The notes below the pieces were generated by a model. That model did not search any database and was not told where the DNA came from. It was given only the letters and a program-made list of their open reading frames with translations. Source: Haliotis rufescens (taxonomy: Eukaryota). From it: DNA of 64,000 bases. The stretch is from positions 30,256,001-30,320,000 of the forward strand of contig NW_025963802.1 in assembly GCF_023055435.1 (NCBI RefSeq), read 5' to 3'. Shown one piece after another: positions 40,401 to 51,100 of this stretch. Position numbers and translations under genes: made by a program. The stretch's first letter is position 1. Every line of letters begins with the position of its first letter.

Positions 40401-41069
40401 GTTAGTCGCCTCTTACGACAAGCATAGTCGATGAATAGAATAATTACCACGCGACCGATTAAAATCAAACTTCATTTTCATTTTAGAAGCAATAAAGACA
40501 TCGTACATTTATGGGTTTTCCAACGGAGATGCTTACAGTTGTATGTGAAGTTATAGGGCCATGCCAGGTTAACCATAGTCATATGAAAAATCGGGTGTTG
40601 TTTCACTTCTTATGGGTAGTATATATTCTACTACATATACTGGTGATACGAATGATTAACTAGATGTGGACAGGACAGTCTCAAGGAATATGTGAAGATA
40701 CGGGTTAGAGCAGGCCTTCAGCAACACATTCTTGTCGGACAGGCGACTAACGGGATTTGGTGGTCAGGCTCGCTTTCTTGGTTGATGTATGTCATCGTTT
40801 ACAGACTGCCGTCATATAGCTTAAATATTGTAGAGTTCAGCTTTAAACAACAAACAAACAAACAATCTCAAAACACTTAAAGAGATCAACAAGCTGCTGA
40901 ATCATACTCACGGGTCATCGTTGACAAGGTTACCAAGAGGCGCATAATCCCAATCAATGTCGACAGCTGCTATGTTGATTACTCGGGTTCTTCCAATAGT
41001 TTTACTAGTGTGAATAGGATGTCCATAGCTGAGGTGAAATAGTGAATACAGTACTAACACTACCCACAT
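25299..41069 (-). CDS. Hephaestin/ceruloplasmin-like six-domain multicopper oxidase, paralog A (secreted, 1140 aa, 13 coding exons)
   Basis: Exons: 41069-40912, 39166-38913, 37691-37479, 36827-36500, 34621-34515, 33467-33200, 32496-32376, 31874-31718, 30922-30711, 29836-29656, 27650-27438, 26955-26739, 26292-25299. All introns are GT-AG, phases are consistent and the total is 3423 nt. Signal peptide [16 protein letters not shown]. Cu motifs [51 protein letters not shown]. Confidence 0.93.
26739..26955 (-). CDS. MCO-A exon 12
   Basis: [17 protein letters not shown] (type-1 C/H/M)...[16 protein letters not shown]. Confidence 0.92.
27438..27650 (-). CDS. MCO-A exon 11
   Basis: [28 protein letters not shown]...[10 protein letters not shown]; 213 nt as in B. 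Confidence 0.92.
27915..29465. repeat. 27-bp pyrimidine-rich minisatellite in MCO-A intron 10
   Basis: Unit CCCTTCACTATCTGCGCCCTTTCTTCT; homogeneous from 28260 to 29460, degenerate from 27915 to 28260. Confidence 0.95.
29656..29836 (-). CDS. MCO-A exon 10 (domain 4)
   Basis: [23 protein letters not shown]...SNTMF. Confidence 0.9.
30711..30922 (-). CDS. MCO-A exon 9
   Basis: PGETVVYRF...[14 protein letters not shown]...[12 protein letters not shown]. Confidence 0.92.
31718..31874 (-). CDS. MCO-A exon 8
   Basis: [37 protein letters not shown]; not in the ORF track. Confidence 0.9.
31992..32272 (+). mobile_element. tRNA-derived SINE family 3 (~280 bp, (ACTC)n tail)
   Basis: A box TGGCCCAGTCG, B-like box GGTCCGAATCC, GGGCTTTCCTCCCAC core, TSD CTTATCAACTG. 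Other copies at 7145-7412 (TSD TAATGTTTACTG), 8773-9005, 11520-11745, 12732-12984, 19150-19430, 63800-63950. Confidence 0.85.
32376..32496 (-). CDS. MCO-A exon 7
   Basis: [40 protein letters not shown]. Confidence 0.9.
33200..33467 (-). CDS. MCO-A exon 6 (His-rich linker, start of domain 3)
   Basis: GMQAYV...[18 protein letters not shown]; tag| acceptor, AG|GTGAGG donor. Confidence 0.9.
33891..33977. mobile_element. 87-bp deletion derivative (MITE) of the same TIR family
   Basis: Same TIRs as 49853-50365; flanked by direct repeat GTCCACAT (33883-33890 / 33979-33986). Confidence 0.8.
34515..34621 (-). CDS. MCO-A exon 5
   Basis: [35 protein letters not shown]; 107 nt as in B. Confidence 0.9.
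36500..36827 (-). CDS. MCO-A exon 4 (domain 2)
   Basis: [11 protein letters not shown]...[18 protein letters not shown]...[10 protein letters not shown]; 328 nt as in B. Confidence 0.9.
37479..37691 (-). CDS. MCO-A exon 3
   Basis: [14 protein letters not shown]...CLPWAYHSH...[12 protein letters not shown]; 213 nt. Confidence 0.93.
38296..38480. other. Assembly gap (N run) in MCO-A intron 2
   Basis: N bases. Confidence 1.
38913..39166 (-). CDS. MCO-A exon 2 (cupredoxin domain 1)
   Basis: [16 protein letters not shown]...[14 protein letters not shown]...TLHSHG; 254 nt, same as paralog B exon 2. Confidence 0.93.
40912..41069 (-). CDS. MCO-A coding exon 1 (signal peptide; [16 protein letters not shown])
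   Basis: ATG at 41069, donor CC|GTGAGT, ceruloplasmin-type N-terminal WDYAP motif; not in the ORF track. Confidence 0.88.
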
Positions 41070-41212
41070 ATTGACTGTCAACTGAGACTCGACAAAACTA
41101 AATTGTTTGTCCGAAACAAACCAAATCGCAAAGATCTGTGTATAAGTACTTACAACATGATGCGCGCGAGGAAGTAGGGTGGTAGAGCTTGGTGTTCAAT
41201 ATTCCCAGCTCC

Positions 41213-41219
41213 TTATATA
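41213..41219 (-). promoter_or_regulatory. Putative TATA box of MCO-A
   Basis: TATATAA about 145 nt upstream of the ATG at 41069; a possible short 5'UTR intron starts GTAAGT at 41153. Confidence 0.4.
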
Positions 41220-42021
41220 TTGCAATAGGACAATAGAAAAGTAATAAAATATACCACATTCTATTTCCACGATTCATTGAATAACTAACAGGTGTAGGAC
41301 GGTTCAATGAAATAGAATAGCCATACCTTAAATCTCAATAATGTCCACCGCTATTGCATTATGCGTTTAATGTATAGAGAAGCCTGTCCTATAACCTTGA
41401 CATTAATATTCTTCACATGGGTATTTGTCAATGAGATTTATGCACAGTCGGACAGACATTGAATTCGTTATAATAGCCGCAATTGGGATGTTTCGTTATC
41501 TGTTGGCTTAAACAGTGCGCAGAATGGATACGTGATTCATTGATATTCCGTTTCATTGAAAACATCGCAATGGTGGATCATTATTACAGCCTTCCTACAT
41601 TCACGGTTCTGCGCATGCAGCAGCATTTATAACAAGGGTTAAGCGTGATTGATGTTTACGAGAGTGTAATACTCCATGTTGAAGTAAATGAAAGGACACT
41701 TGAATCCTCTGGCTTACTTTGCTCTCTTTGTAGGAAACCTGTAACTATTTTGATTGCCATTAGATGTAATGTCAGACAAGACGCCTGCTGCGGTTAACCA
41801 TATCATTAAATGGCTGAATCTGAATCTGGTAACGCGGGATGACGCTTTTACTTGCGGGGCGTGCAATTGGACGATTTCTGTGCCGTTGGTTTATTTGTAT
41901 TTAGTGTCTGGTAAACCTTATCAATAGATAATTGTGGGGAGAAATAAATTCGCAGTACACATGATCTTGCAATGTATTCAATAACCCATTGTCACAAGCA
42001 TCTGTTTTACTGTTCTCAAAG

Positions 42022-42186
42022 NNNNNNNNNNNNNNNNNNNNNNNNNNNNNNNNNNNNNNNNNNNNNNNNNNNNNNNNNNNNNNNNNNNNNNNNNNNNNNN
42101 NNNNNNNNNNNNNNNNNNNNNNNNNNNNNNNNNNNNNNNNNNNNNNNNNNNNNNNNNNNNNNNNNNNNNNNNNNNNNNNNNNNNNN
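42022..42186. other. Assembly gap (N run)
   Basis: N bases. Confidence 1.
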
Positions 42187-43367
42187 GTAGATAATATATA
42201 CATCTTCCACAGATATATATGTTCGACGCTTCTTCCATCCACTATATCCGTTTCTCGCGACCTTCATGAAGTAAACTCTTCTTTCTGTATATGCTGTAAA
42301 GAACATTTTATTTTACATACATGCAAGCACAGTACACTGCAATTTCTTATATTACATTCTATATATATGAGTAAAGAATCCATGATACATTAAGTTGATA
42401 TTAACCCATATCGGGACAGGTGTTGTATGCAAACTGTACACAGCTGATATGTATACCTACTCTGAACAATTATTACCTTCATATACAATTTCAGGGCTGT
42501 TGGTAATTATTGGAGCCATTGAGTATTTACTCTCGTCTGATACACTTTGGGTATTAAAAGTTTTCTTTGGGTATTAAAAGTTTTCTTTGGGTATTCCATA
42601 TATAGTATACTCACTGGTCCAGTCTAGATCTCATGGGTATTTTTAAACAAATGACCGATTTTCAAAAAAAATATAAGACCGATTCTCTTTGAATTCCTTA
42701 CGGATGAAACGGAATAAACAGACAGCACACTGGGATGTAACTAACATTGAAATCAAACCCAACCTCACTCACTCCCTGGTGAGCCCGCGGAGATTACAGA
42801 TCAGATAGAGAATAGGTCACCAATACTCCATGCATGCTTGTCGTATTTAAAATGAGGATGGGTCACCATGTAACGAAGACCTTCCAAAAGGCAGACCGAG
42901 TAGTAAAGTTAAATATATAACAGATGAGAGTCAACCCCAGTTATTTAATAGACCTCCCAAACATTGTAATAAATCATACCCTGGCGTCTCTTTTCTGTTC
43001 ATCCATAAGAACATTCTGTTGAACTTTGAATGGCGACTTATCTTGTATATTATTATAAGTTGAAAACACTATTGTAAAACCTGAAAGAAACTATGATTTT
43101 CCAGTATCTCTATATAATTGTTATCAACATATATGGGATTAAGACACCTTCTAGCTTCTCATTTTCTACCCACTCTTACGTTTAAAGAGTATCATGCTAA
43201 CATCAGCAGAATGTTCCAACTCAATTAACAGTTGAGAAACGGTCAGAAAACTCCTGCTGAGTTTCTAGATGTTGTGGGACATTTAATTAAATTAAGTTGA
43301 ATAGTTCAGTGACCAATGCTGTCAAAATTCTAGAGGATGTTAACTATGTGTCAACACAATGACCATT

Positions 43368-44140
43368 CAGTAGCAGTATAGGTCATTTGTTTCATGTATT
43401 TTGTGTCAATCCAATGTATTATGACTGCAAAGTCAGTAGCAGTATATGCCATTTGTTTCATGTTTTTGGTGTCAATCAAATGTATTATGACTGCAAAGTC
43501 AGTAGCAGTTTATGCCATTTGTTTCATGTATTTGGTGTCAATCCAATATATTATGACTGCAAAGTCAGTAGCAGTATATGCCATTTGTTTCATGTATTTT
43601 GTGTCAATCCAATGTATTATGACTGCAAAGTCAGTAGCAGTATATGCCATTTGTTTCATGTATTTTGTGTCAATCCAATGTATTATGACTGCAAAGTCAG
43701 TAGCAGTATATGCCATTTGTTTCATGTATTTTGTGTCAATCCAATGTATTATGACTGCAAAGTCAGTAGCAGTATATGCCATTTGTTTCATGTATTTTGT
43801 GTCAATCCAATGTATTATGACTGCAAAATCAGTAGCAGTATATGCCATTTGTTTCATGTATTTTGTGTCAATCCAATGTATTATGACTGCAAAGTCAGTA
43901 GCAGTATATGTCATTTGTTCCATGTATTTTGTGTCAATCCAATGTATTATGACTGCAAAGTCAGTAGCAGTATATGCCATTTGTTTCATGTATTTTGTGT
44001 CAATCCAATGAATTATGACTGCAAAGTCAGTAGCAGTATATGCCATTTGTTCCATGTATTTTGTGTCAATCCAATGTATTATGACTGCAAAGTCAGTAGC
44101 AGTATATGCCATTTGTTTCATATTTTATGTGTCAATCTAA
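43368..44140. repeat. 66-bp minisatellite, ~11.7 copies
   Basis: Unit CAGTAGCAGTATATGCCATTTGTTTCATGTATTTTGTGTCAATCCAATGTATTATGACTGCAAAGT. Confidence 0.95.
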
Positions 44141-45169
44141 TGTGGCCTGCATTTTGGGAGGACACAATGAGACCTGGTTGATTTGTGTTCTAGCACCCTT
44201 ATGTACAGTGTGGTTCGTTCTTTGTGTTATCAGTCATTGGATTGCCTGGCCCAGACATAAATATTGGAGTTACTTCCAATCGCTCTTTCTCTATGACTAT
44301 TTCACCATCCTCTTCAAAAAAGCTAAATATAGAAGTTATATAACCACTACATTTACAGCACATGTTGCAGTTTAACATTCCCGACTGTAGTGTGGGGAAA
44401 GTGCTTTGTTTTAATTACATTTCTGTACAGTGATTGCATCTCACAGACAGGTATTTTGGTTTGCTATATTTCAATATTCCAACATATTCTAGCATATCCA
44501 CATACATCACGCTGTCGAGTCTCACGCAGTGATCTCGTATTTCATCACAGACTAAGGTCCGCCTGCGTGGTCTAGTGGATAGAGCGTCTTACCGCAGAGC
44601 AGAGGGTTTACTGCCTTAAAACAAAATACGATAAACGATAGAATAACGTTTAGTCCCTGAAAATATATAATTTGGAAGGAAACAAATAACTCCATTTAAA
44701 TTGAAGAGGAGCCCCAGTGAGCCAGGAGATTAATCAAGACATGTTTCATTTGGGGATTTTGTATTTCAGAAATGGTTTTGGAGAAGGAAAAATAATAAGG
44801 TTCAGGGACTGTGAGACAGACTAGTTACAAATAGTTCTTGTTGTTTCGTCTTTAAGGGGTAAAACAAGGACTGGCATGGTCGGCCCTGAGTCAATGTACT
44901 GTGTCTGAGAGGGGTATCATGTTACACTGCGCATGGTATCCCAGTTGGATAGCACTATATATAAAACCAACAATAGACCGGACCAGTACACACTCATACA
45001 CGTGTATACACGTCGCTCGGTTTGAAATACCCGTTGTATTATATTCTATAAATACAAAAGCGACAAAACCCTTCTCATATTCATAAGAAATATCTGCTAA
45101 AAGCAGAGTCGATTGTTCGATTTCGACTTCATCATAAGCATGTGTTTATGAATCACTATCAAATAGTGA

Positions 45170-45540
45170 TGATACCAGGTGTTCGCTAAAAGGTGAGCGT
45201 ATCCTGCCCCACCGGTGGCACCCGTGTCACAAACATATCAAAAGGCAAGTCAATTGTTCACCTGAAACAAATGGTATATGTTAAACTAGGGAATTGCATC
45301 GGACGTAATTTTTGTCACTGATGTGTCAAATTTGGAAATGCCCCCCACACCATAAAACGTTTTGAAAGCTTTAGTGATGCCTTGAATGTTGTAACCTTGA
45401 TCAAACAACTTCTAAGCAAGAGTCGTATGATGCTCTTTGGAATCTTGGTAGAAAGAGCAAAACTATATCTATAAACTATATTGTTGAAGAGTTCCAATAC
45501 GTTAATGATAATAAAATTCACCGATAAATCTTCCAAATCT
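45170..45540 (-). mobile_element. Decayed Penelope-like retroelement RT C-terminal fragment
   Basis: Minus-strand frame FYQDSKEHHTTLA*KLFDQGYNIQGITKAFKTFYG resembles the PLE RT thumb motif (YxDFxxRxxxLxxKLLxQGY...FxKFYG); has a stop codon and frameshifts. Confidence 0.55.
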
Positions 45541-46556
45541 ATGAATGCTTAGAATGCTCACACAGGGTTGGAATGTAGAGGGATGGATGCGCACCCATGC
45601 GCTTCTCATCTGGATTGGAGAACGTCAGAGTATTTATACCCTCAGGCTCTGTTGCTCTAATCCATTCGTGATATCGCCGGGACAAAATCGTAGTTATCTT
45701 GCCGGGCAAAAGAAAGTATACACTTGAAACTTGTATTTGACCAAAACAAGTACAAACGTTTACTTGCTTGGCTGAAAACACTCTCCGAATCACTGCATAC
45801 GTTAGGTAAAAACAACAACTACGATACTTGTATCAAGTACATCACCATTGAATAACCATTTCTTGTTTCATTTTCAGGCACCATCAAACATAGCAGCAAA
45901 CTTCGTTTCCCCTTGCTTAAGTTTGCGAATGCAATAAATGTTCACCTCATTCAATAACAACCATCAACATACTAGGAAATATTCTTTATTGCAAAAAACG
46001 TTAAAATAAAATATTATGAGAAAAAGATATCAGTGTATCTGATATCTTGTAAACACATTTGGAATGAGACATATAATAAACTACATGACATATATTATGA
46101 CACATTCGTAACAAAGAAATATCTATATGCAACATTATCACAGAATTTTCTTCGATCATATAAATATTACACAAATCGAAAATATTGCAAAATACGGATA
46201 TGTATATTCACGACACTTGACAAGCAATCACACCAATAATAATATATAAAATTCGATTAAATCGTCCATTTCATAAAGAAATACGTATGAAATAATAATC
46301 ATAAAATTTATCAAAATCTGATTATGGGAGATCGAGGTTTTTTTTATCTCAACAGTAAGTAAGCATGATTTATGTAATAAAACTGTTGACAACATAATCT
46401 TCAAAATTTAAAATGAAAGCTCATGAGAAAATGATAGAAGCTGACTTGTAACTTGAAGATGTTTTCCATTCAATCGTCTTGTGATTCTATTATACTGGGA
46501 ACCAATGTACATATATTAAGATCTTCTACAACCTGTCTTTAATGAAATATCAAACA

Positions 46557-46967
46557 ACAGTGATGATGTAATACCACTAAACTACGGCTTGAAACTCACT
46601 CACTCACTCACTTTTCTCTAATAAATTAAAGGATTTTGTAATTCTTACACGCTCAACAAAGACCCTTTAGCCCATTTTTCAGAGATTCTGAAAACCACAG
46701 TGATGATGAAATACCACTAAACTACGGCTTGAAACTCACTCACTCACTTTTCTCTAATAAATTAAAGGATTTCGAAATTCTTACACGCTCAACAAAGACC
46801 ATTTGCCCATATTTGAGAGATTCTGAAAACCACAGTGATGATGTAATACCATAATACTACGGCTTGAAACTCACTCACTTACTTTTCTCTCAATAAATGT
46901 AATGGGTTTCGTTATTCTAACATGCTCAACAAAGACCATTTGCCCGCATTTGAGAGATACTGAAAAC
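46557..46967. repeat. ~137-bp tandem triplication downstream of the MCO-B stop
   Basis: ACAGTGATGATG.AATACCA...ACGGCTTGAAACTCACTCAC...GCTCAACAAAGACC x3. Confidence 0.9.
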
Positions 46968-47201
46968 GCATACACTTTTATGCTCATGAAAGAACATTAA
47001 ATTATGAATACTGTCGTATGGGACACTTGATAACATGATGAAAACGATTTTTTAGTTCACAGCTAAACTAGCACTTCATGTAAACATCACATGGTAAGAA
47101 ATATTATGGGATGCCAAATCCGGCGCCACATTAATTGTCTCTTCGGACTTTCCTCCCCCATTAAATAGACACGACAAAATGCGGCGCTAAGCCCAACTCA
47201 C

Positions 47202-48162
47202 TCACGCTGTGTAACTACCGGCGTACTGTGGCGATGGGCGAACGGTGTACGTTACTTCCATGCCGCTCTTCACATGCTCACTGAAGTGACAATGCAGGAT
47301 CCACGTGCCGGGGTTGTCCGTCAGCATCGTCACCACCTGTGTCGTCGACGGGAATACCTCAATAACGTCACCTCTGTGAACTTTGTCCGTTCTAAACAGG
47401 AACGTCTGTCCGTGGAAATGAACGGGATGATAGTCAAATGTTGATCCAAGTCCAAGAATAAACCAGTCAACACAGTCCCCTTCATCCATGACCAGACCAT
47501 CCAGGTTACCATAGATACGACCGTTGATGGAATTCATGGAATTGCTTGCTCGGAACTCAGCATCACCAAGATCCGTTCTTTGCGGTGCGAATCTGTTGAC
47601 ATTGTCTTGGAGATACCAGCTGTCGTTCTCATCAAACACAAAGAAGAGGATGGCGAATTCTCGATCAACGTCGCGTCTTGTATCATCGTAATCCAGAGTC
47701 CCGGTGCTGCAGATGATCAACGGACCAACCAAACCGCTGTTCATGTCCTTGACAGAGTCCACGGACGAAAAATACATCCAGGATATACAGTCAGGGTCAT
47801 TTTTTCCAGGACCGGCTCTACTGGGCACCTCCCAACGGTAGGTGAATGTTTGACCCGGAAGTACTCCGTCGTCACCTTTCTGACTGGTTCCGTCGTTGTA
47901 AAGCGATCCCTCATTGGCCTTGTCGTACCGGACCCCCTGAGGATGAATAGAGTACGGTCTGGTGGCCTTATTTTTGAAAACTACCTCTATGACATCCCCG
48001 ACCTCACCTCTGATGACGGGTCCGAGAACCCCCAGGTGTTCCTGATTGGTTGTGCGGGTTTTGCAAGTATTAAATGTTGCATCTGTGTACTCCCGATAAA
48101 CAGCCTTCTTGTAGGTACTACCAATGAAAAAGTCATCTTCCTTGACGAACAAGTTTCCTGGC
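47202..48162 (-). CDS. MCO-B terminal coding exon (domains 5-6)
   Basis: HPVHFHG, HCHFSEHVKSGM; TGA at 47204-47202. Confidence 0.93.
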
Positions 48163-51100
48163 CTGAAAAATAAGTGAAAAGCATTTGGGAGACGGTTCTA
48201 GAAGCGGACGTTAAATCACACAGCTTGCTTGTGCTTGTGTGTGTACAGTGAAACACTTCTAATCCAAGGCAGGTAAGAATTTACACCTCACTCAAACAAT
48301 ATTCAAGATATACAACGTTGTCCTGTAAATAATCGAGTCTGGACCAGGCAAATCAGTGATTGATATCATGAGCAACGTACCACGCCGTTGGGGTATGATG
48401 ATTAGATTTTAATCGTGAACAGTAGATCAACATCTTTTATATCGCAATATAGGTGCATATTTCTAAAGATAAAAGATGCACATTTCAAATACAATATGAT
48501 TCCAGTGATAAATTCTAATATATATGTACATATTATAGATATTCCCAACCCATTAAAAAAAATATGTTTAAACTAATCATATGGTTTCAGTTACACTTAC
48601 AAAGAAGGATCTGTCAAGTTCTCCCCTGTCACGAGATCTCGCAGGATCGGAGCGTAGTCCCAGTCTACCTCCTCTGCAGCAATGAAGTACTTCCGAGTTT
48701 TGCTGCCTACGAAAGGCTTCTGCTGGGCCCCACACGATTTGACGTCATACAGAGCAACCATCCCTGTCTTCAAATGGAAGTTAGTCCGGCATACAAGTGC
48801 CCATTTACCTAGGAATGAGATATAACAGGGTCAAACATTGCTGAAATATATTTGCTTGTAACAAACGCAACTGGCTGCAACCATGTTGATTCTGAGAGGA
48901 TATGACATGATAATCTCATCAAGTCTTATTTTCATCAATATTGCCAAATATATCAACAAATGAATCTGTATTTGAATGGTGTGCCTTATGATTCCAGGCA
49001 TATAAATTCATGTCAATGGCATGGACCAATCTTCTAGACTTGATTGATACAGTAATTATCGATTTTCTTTCGTGTTCCTTACCATAGGGGAATACAAATA
49101 AATACATAAATATACAAGGTCCCAAGCTTTCGGCCTCTCGGCTTTCATCAGGCGCACTCTTTTGGTTTAGCACTACATTATTGGAGATGGTCTCATTGCT
49201 GTAATTTTTCATTACGTAATTATTTTTTAAAATGATATCACATGAACTTTGTTGGAATTTGCAATCTTTTAATTGGGATGACAACTTAGTTAAGTATATC
49301 ACATTGTTAATATAACCAGCTCCCAATAAACCCGTGACTGACACTGACAAACGAGCCACTGACCAACTTTATCCGGTGTTGACAACAGAGTAACCGCTGA
49401 GCCAGGGATGATTTCTTTGCCCTCCACTTTTGTCCCCAGATAATCCAGCGTTTGTCCGTTGAAGTTCACCCCGTGCATGTCAAACCATCCCCCAAAGCCG
49501 ATGATGTGCCAGGCAACTTCATTCCCCTGGCACATCTCCAGACCCTCCAGGTTGCCAAACATTCGCCCATTGATGGCTGTCATGAAGAAAGGAATATGCA
49601 ATAGGCATAAATCGAACACAACTTTCCTAGTATCACGATAGATTTTTTTATTTATGACTTCCACACATGAACAACATATATACATCTCTGCTCTGACAAA
49701 TTAACGTCCTTCTGATACATAAAATTATCAAACATATTCAACGATGGCACAGGTAAACGATAACCGTTCATATCAATAGATATATACAAATATTTACTTG
49801 TGTGTAATGGAATCAATATGTCGAAAATAATGCATTTTTACAACAGTAACTACATCTTCCCGACGCAAGAGAGTTAACTGACTATAAAGACCAGTTTCCA
49901 CCCTTGCCGAAATAGGCTGGAATTCCTGGGCTCGATCTTGGCGCCACCAGTGGATGCTATGAGTTATGTCCCTTCTGAGTTTCTCCTGTGGACCAATCCG
50001 ATTCAATCACTTGCATTTGTTTCGAACAAAATGGCGCCGCCCAGACAAGACGATCTGATCGATAATCAAGGTCTATATTGTGATAAAACGGGTCTTACAT
50101 CGCGCATCAAATCACGCGAGCACCTTGATTAAAAACGTGAAAAAGTTTGGAAAATATCTGTAGACAACGAGTTGGCGGGGCACATGCTTTGCAAATCCTG
50201 CAATCGACCGACAGTTTACGAACCGGATTTCGATTCGATTTCGTTGCGAGATTTTGATTGGACTATGCATAGACTCGTTAGTCCACAATACCAGCCTATA
50301 GCTAGCTCGGCAAGGCAGGAAACTGGACTTTTAAAGTCAGTTAACTCTCTTGCCTCGGGAACATGCAGCTACTACTACCTATACCACAACTGTCGTCTGG
50401 TTTAGACATTAGACCGAACTAGTATGTCATATATCATTTTAAACACTCATTCGTCGATTACAGCTCTACGAGGACTGACACTGCTTTTTGTCACCTACCA
50501 TGTTTTCGGTTTGAGCCGAAGAAGGCAGGGTCATCCTTGTTGACGGACGCTGGGTCCGTTGTGAAGGTCTGGATGTTGTGGTCAATATACCATGACCTGT
50601 TCTCGTCCACTGTCATGAACAAAAGGTACAGGTGGGTCAGACGACTGAACCAGGTGGGTCGTCTCCTTCTGAACAAGAACCCAGACTGAAAGGAAAAGGC
50701 GTTTGTGAGTGAGCAGGTGTGGTTCTGAACCGTTTTTAGCAACACTCACAACCATATCACTTCGCGGGCACCAAGAATGACCATGGGTTTTACATATAAT
50801 TGTAATTTTGGGGGGAATGGAACATGGTCTCCTTGTTGACTCATCAAGCTTCAACCAACTGACTACCCTCCCTTTCCCAAAAGACATTTGCAGTACATGT
50901 CACCCATCATGTTTTCTGGTGCCCGTTGGGCAACAACAATTTACTCAATTTGGATAAAAAGTATATACGGCCAGTTGTAAAAGGATTTGTTTCAATATGT
51001 TATGTCAGTCTCAGTTAGTAAAGAAATTATGTTGATAGAAATATGAAGAAATTAGTGGTCTGGTATGAAAATGTCAGTAACCGGCTCACCGATTGTTTTT

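Noticed and set aside
38227-42393. X-rich ORFs
   Set aside because: Artefacts of N gaps.
43387-44181. Cys/His-rich 22-aa repeat ORF
   Set aside because: 66-bp minisatellite open in three frames, with no ATG/signal context or splice support.
47580-48173. Plus-strand ORFs overlapping oxidase exons (also 25326-26063)
   Set aside because: Antisense shadows of real coding exons.
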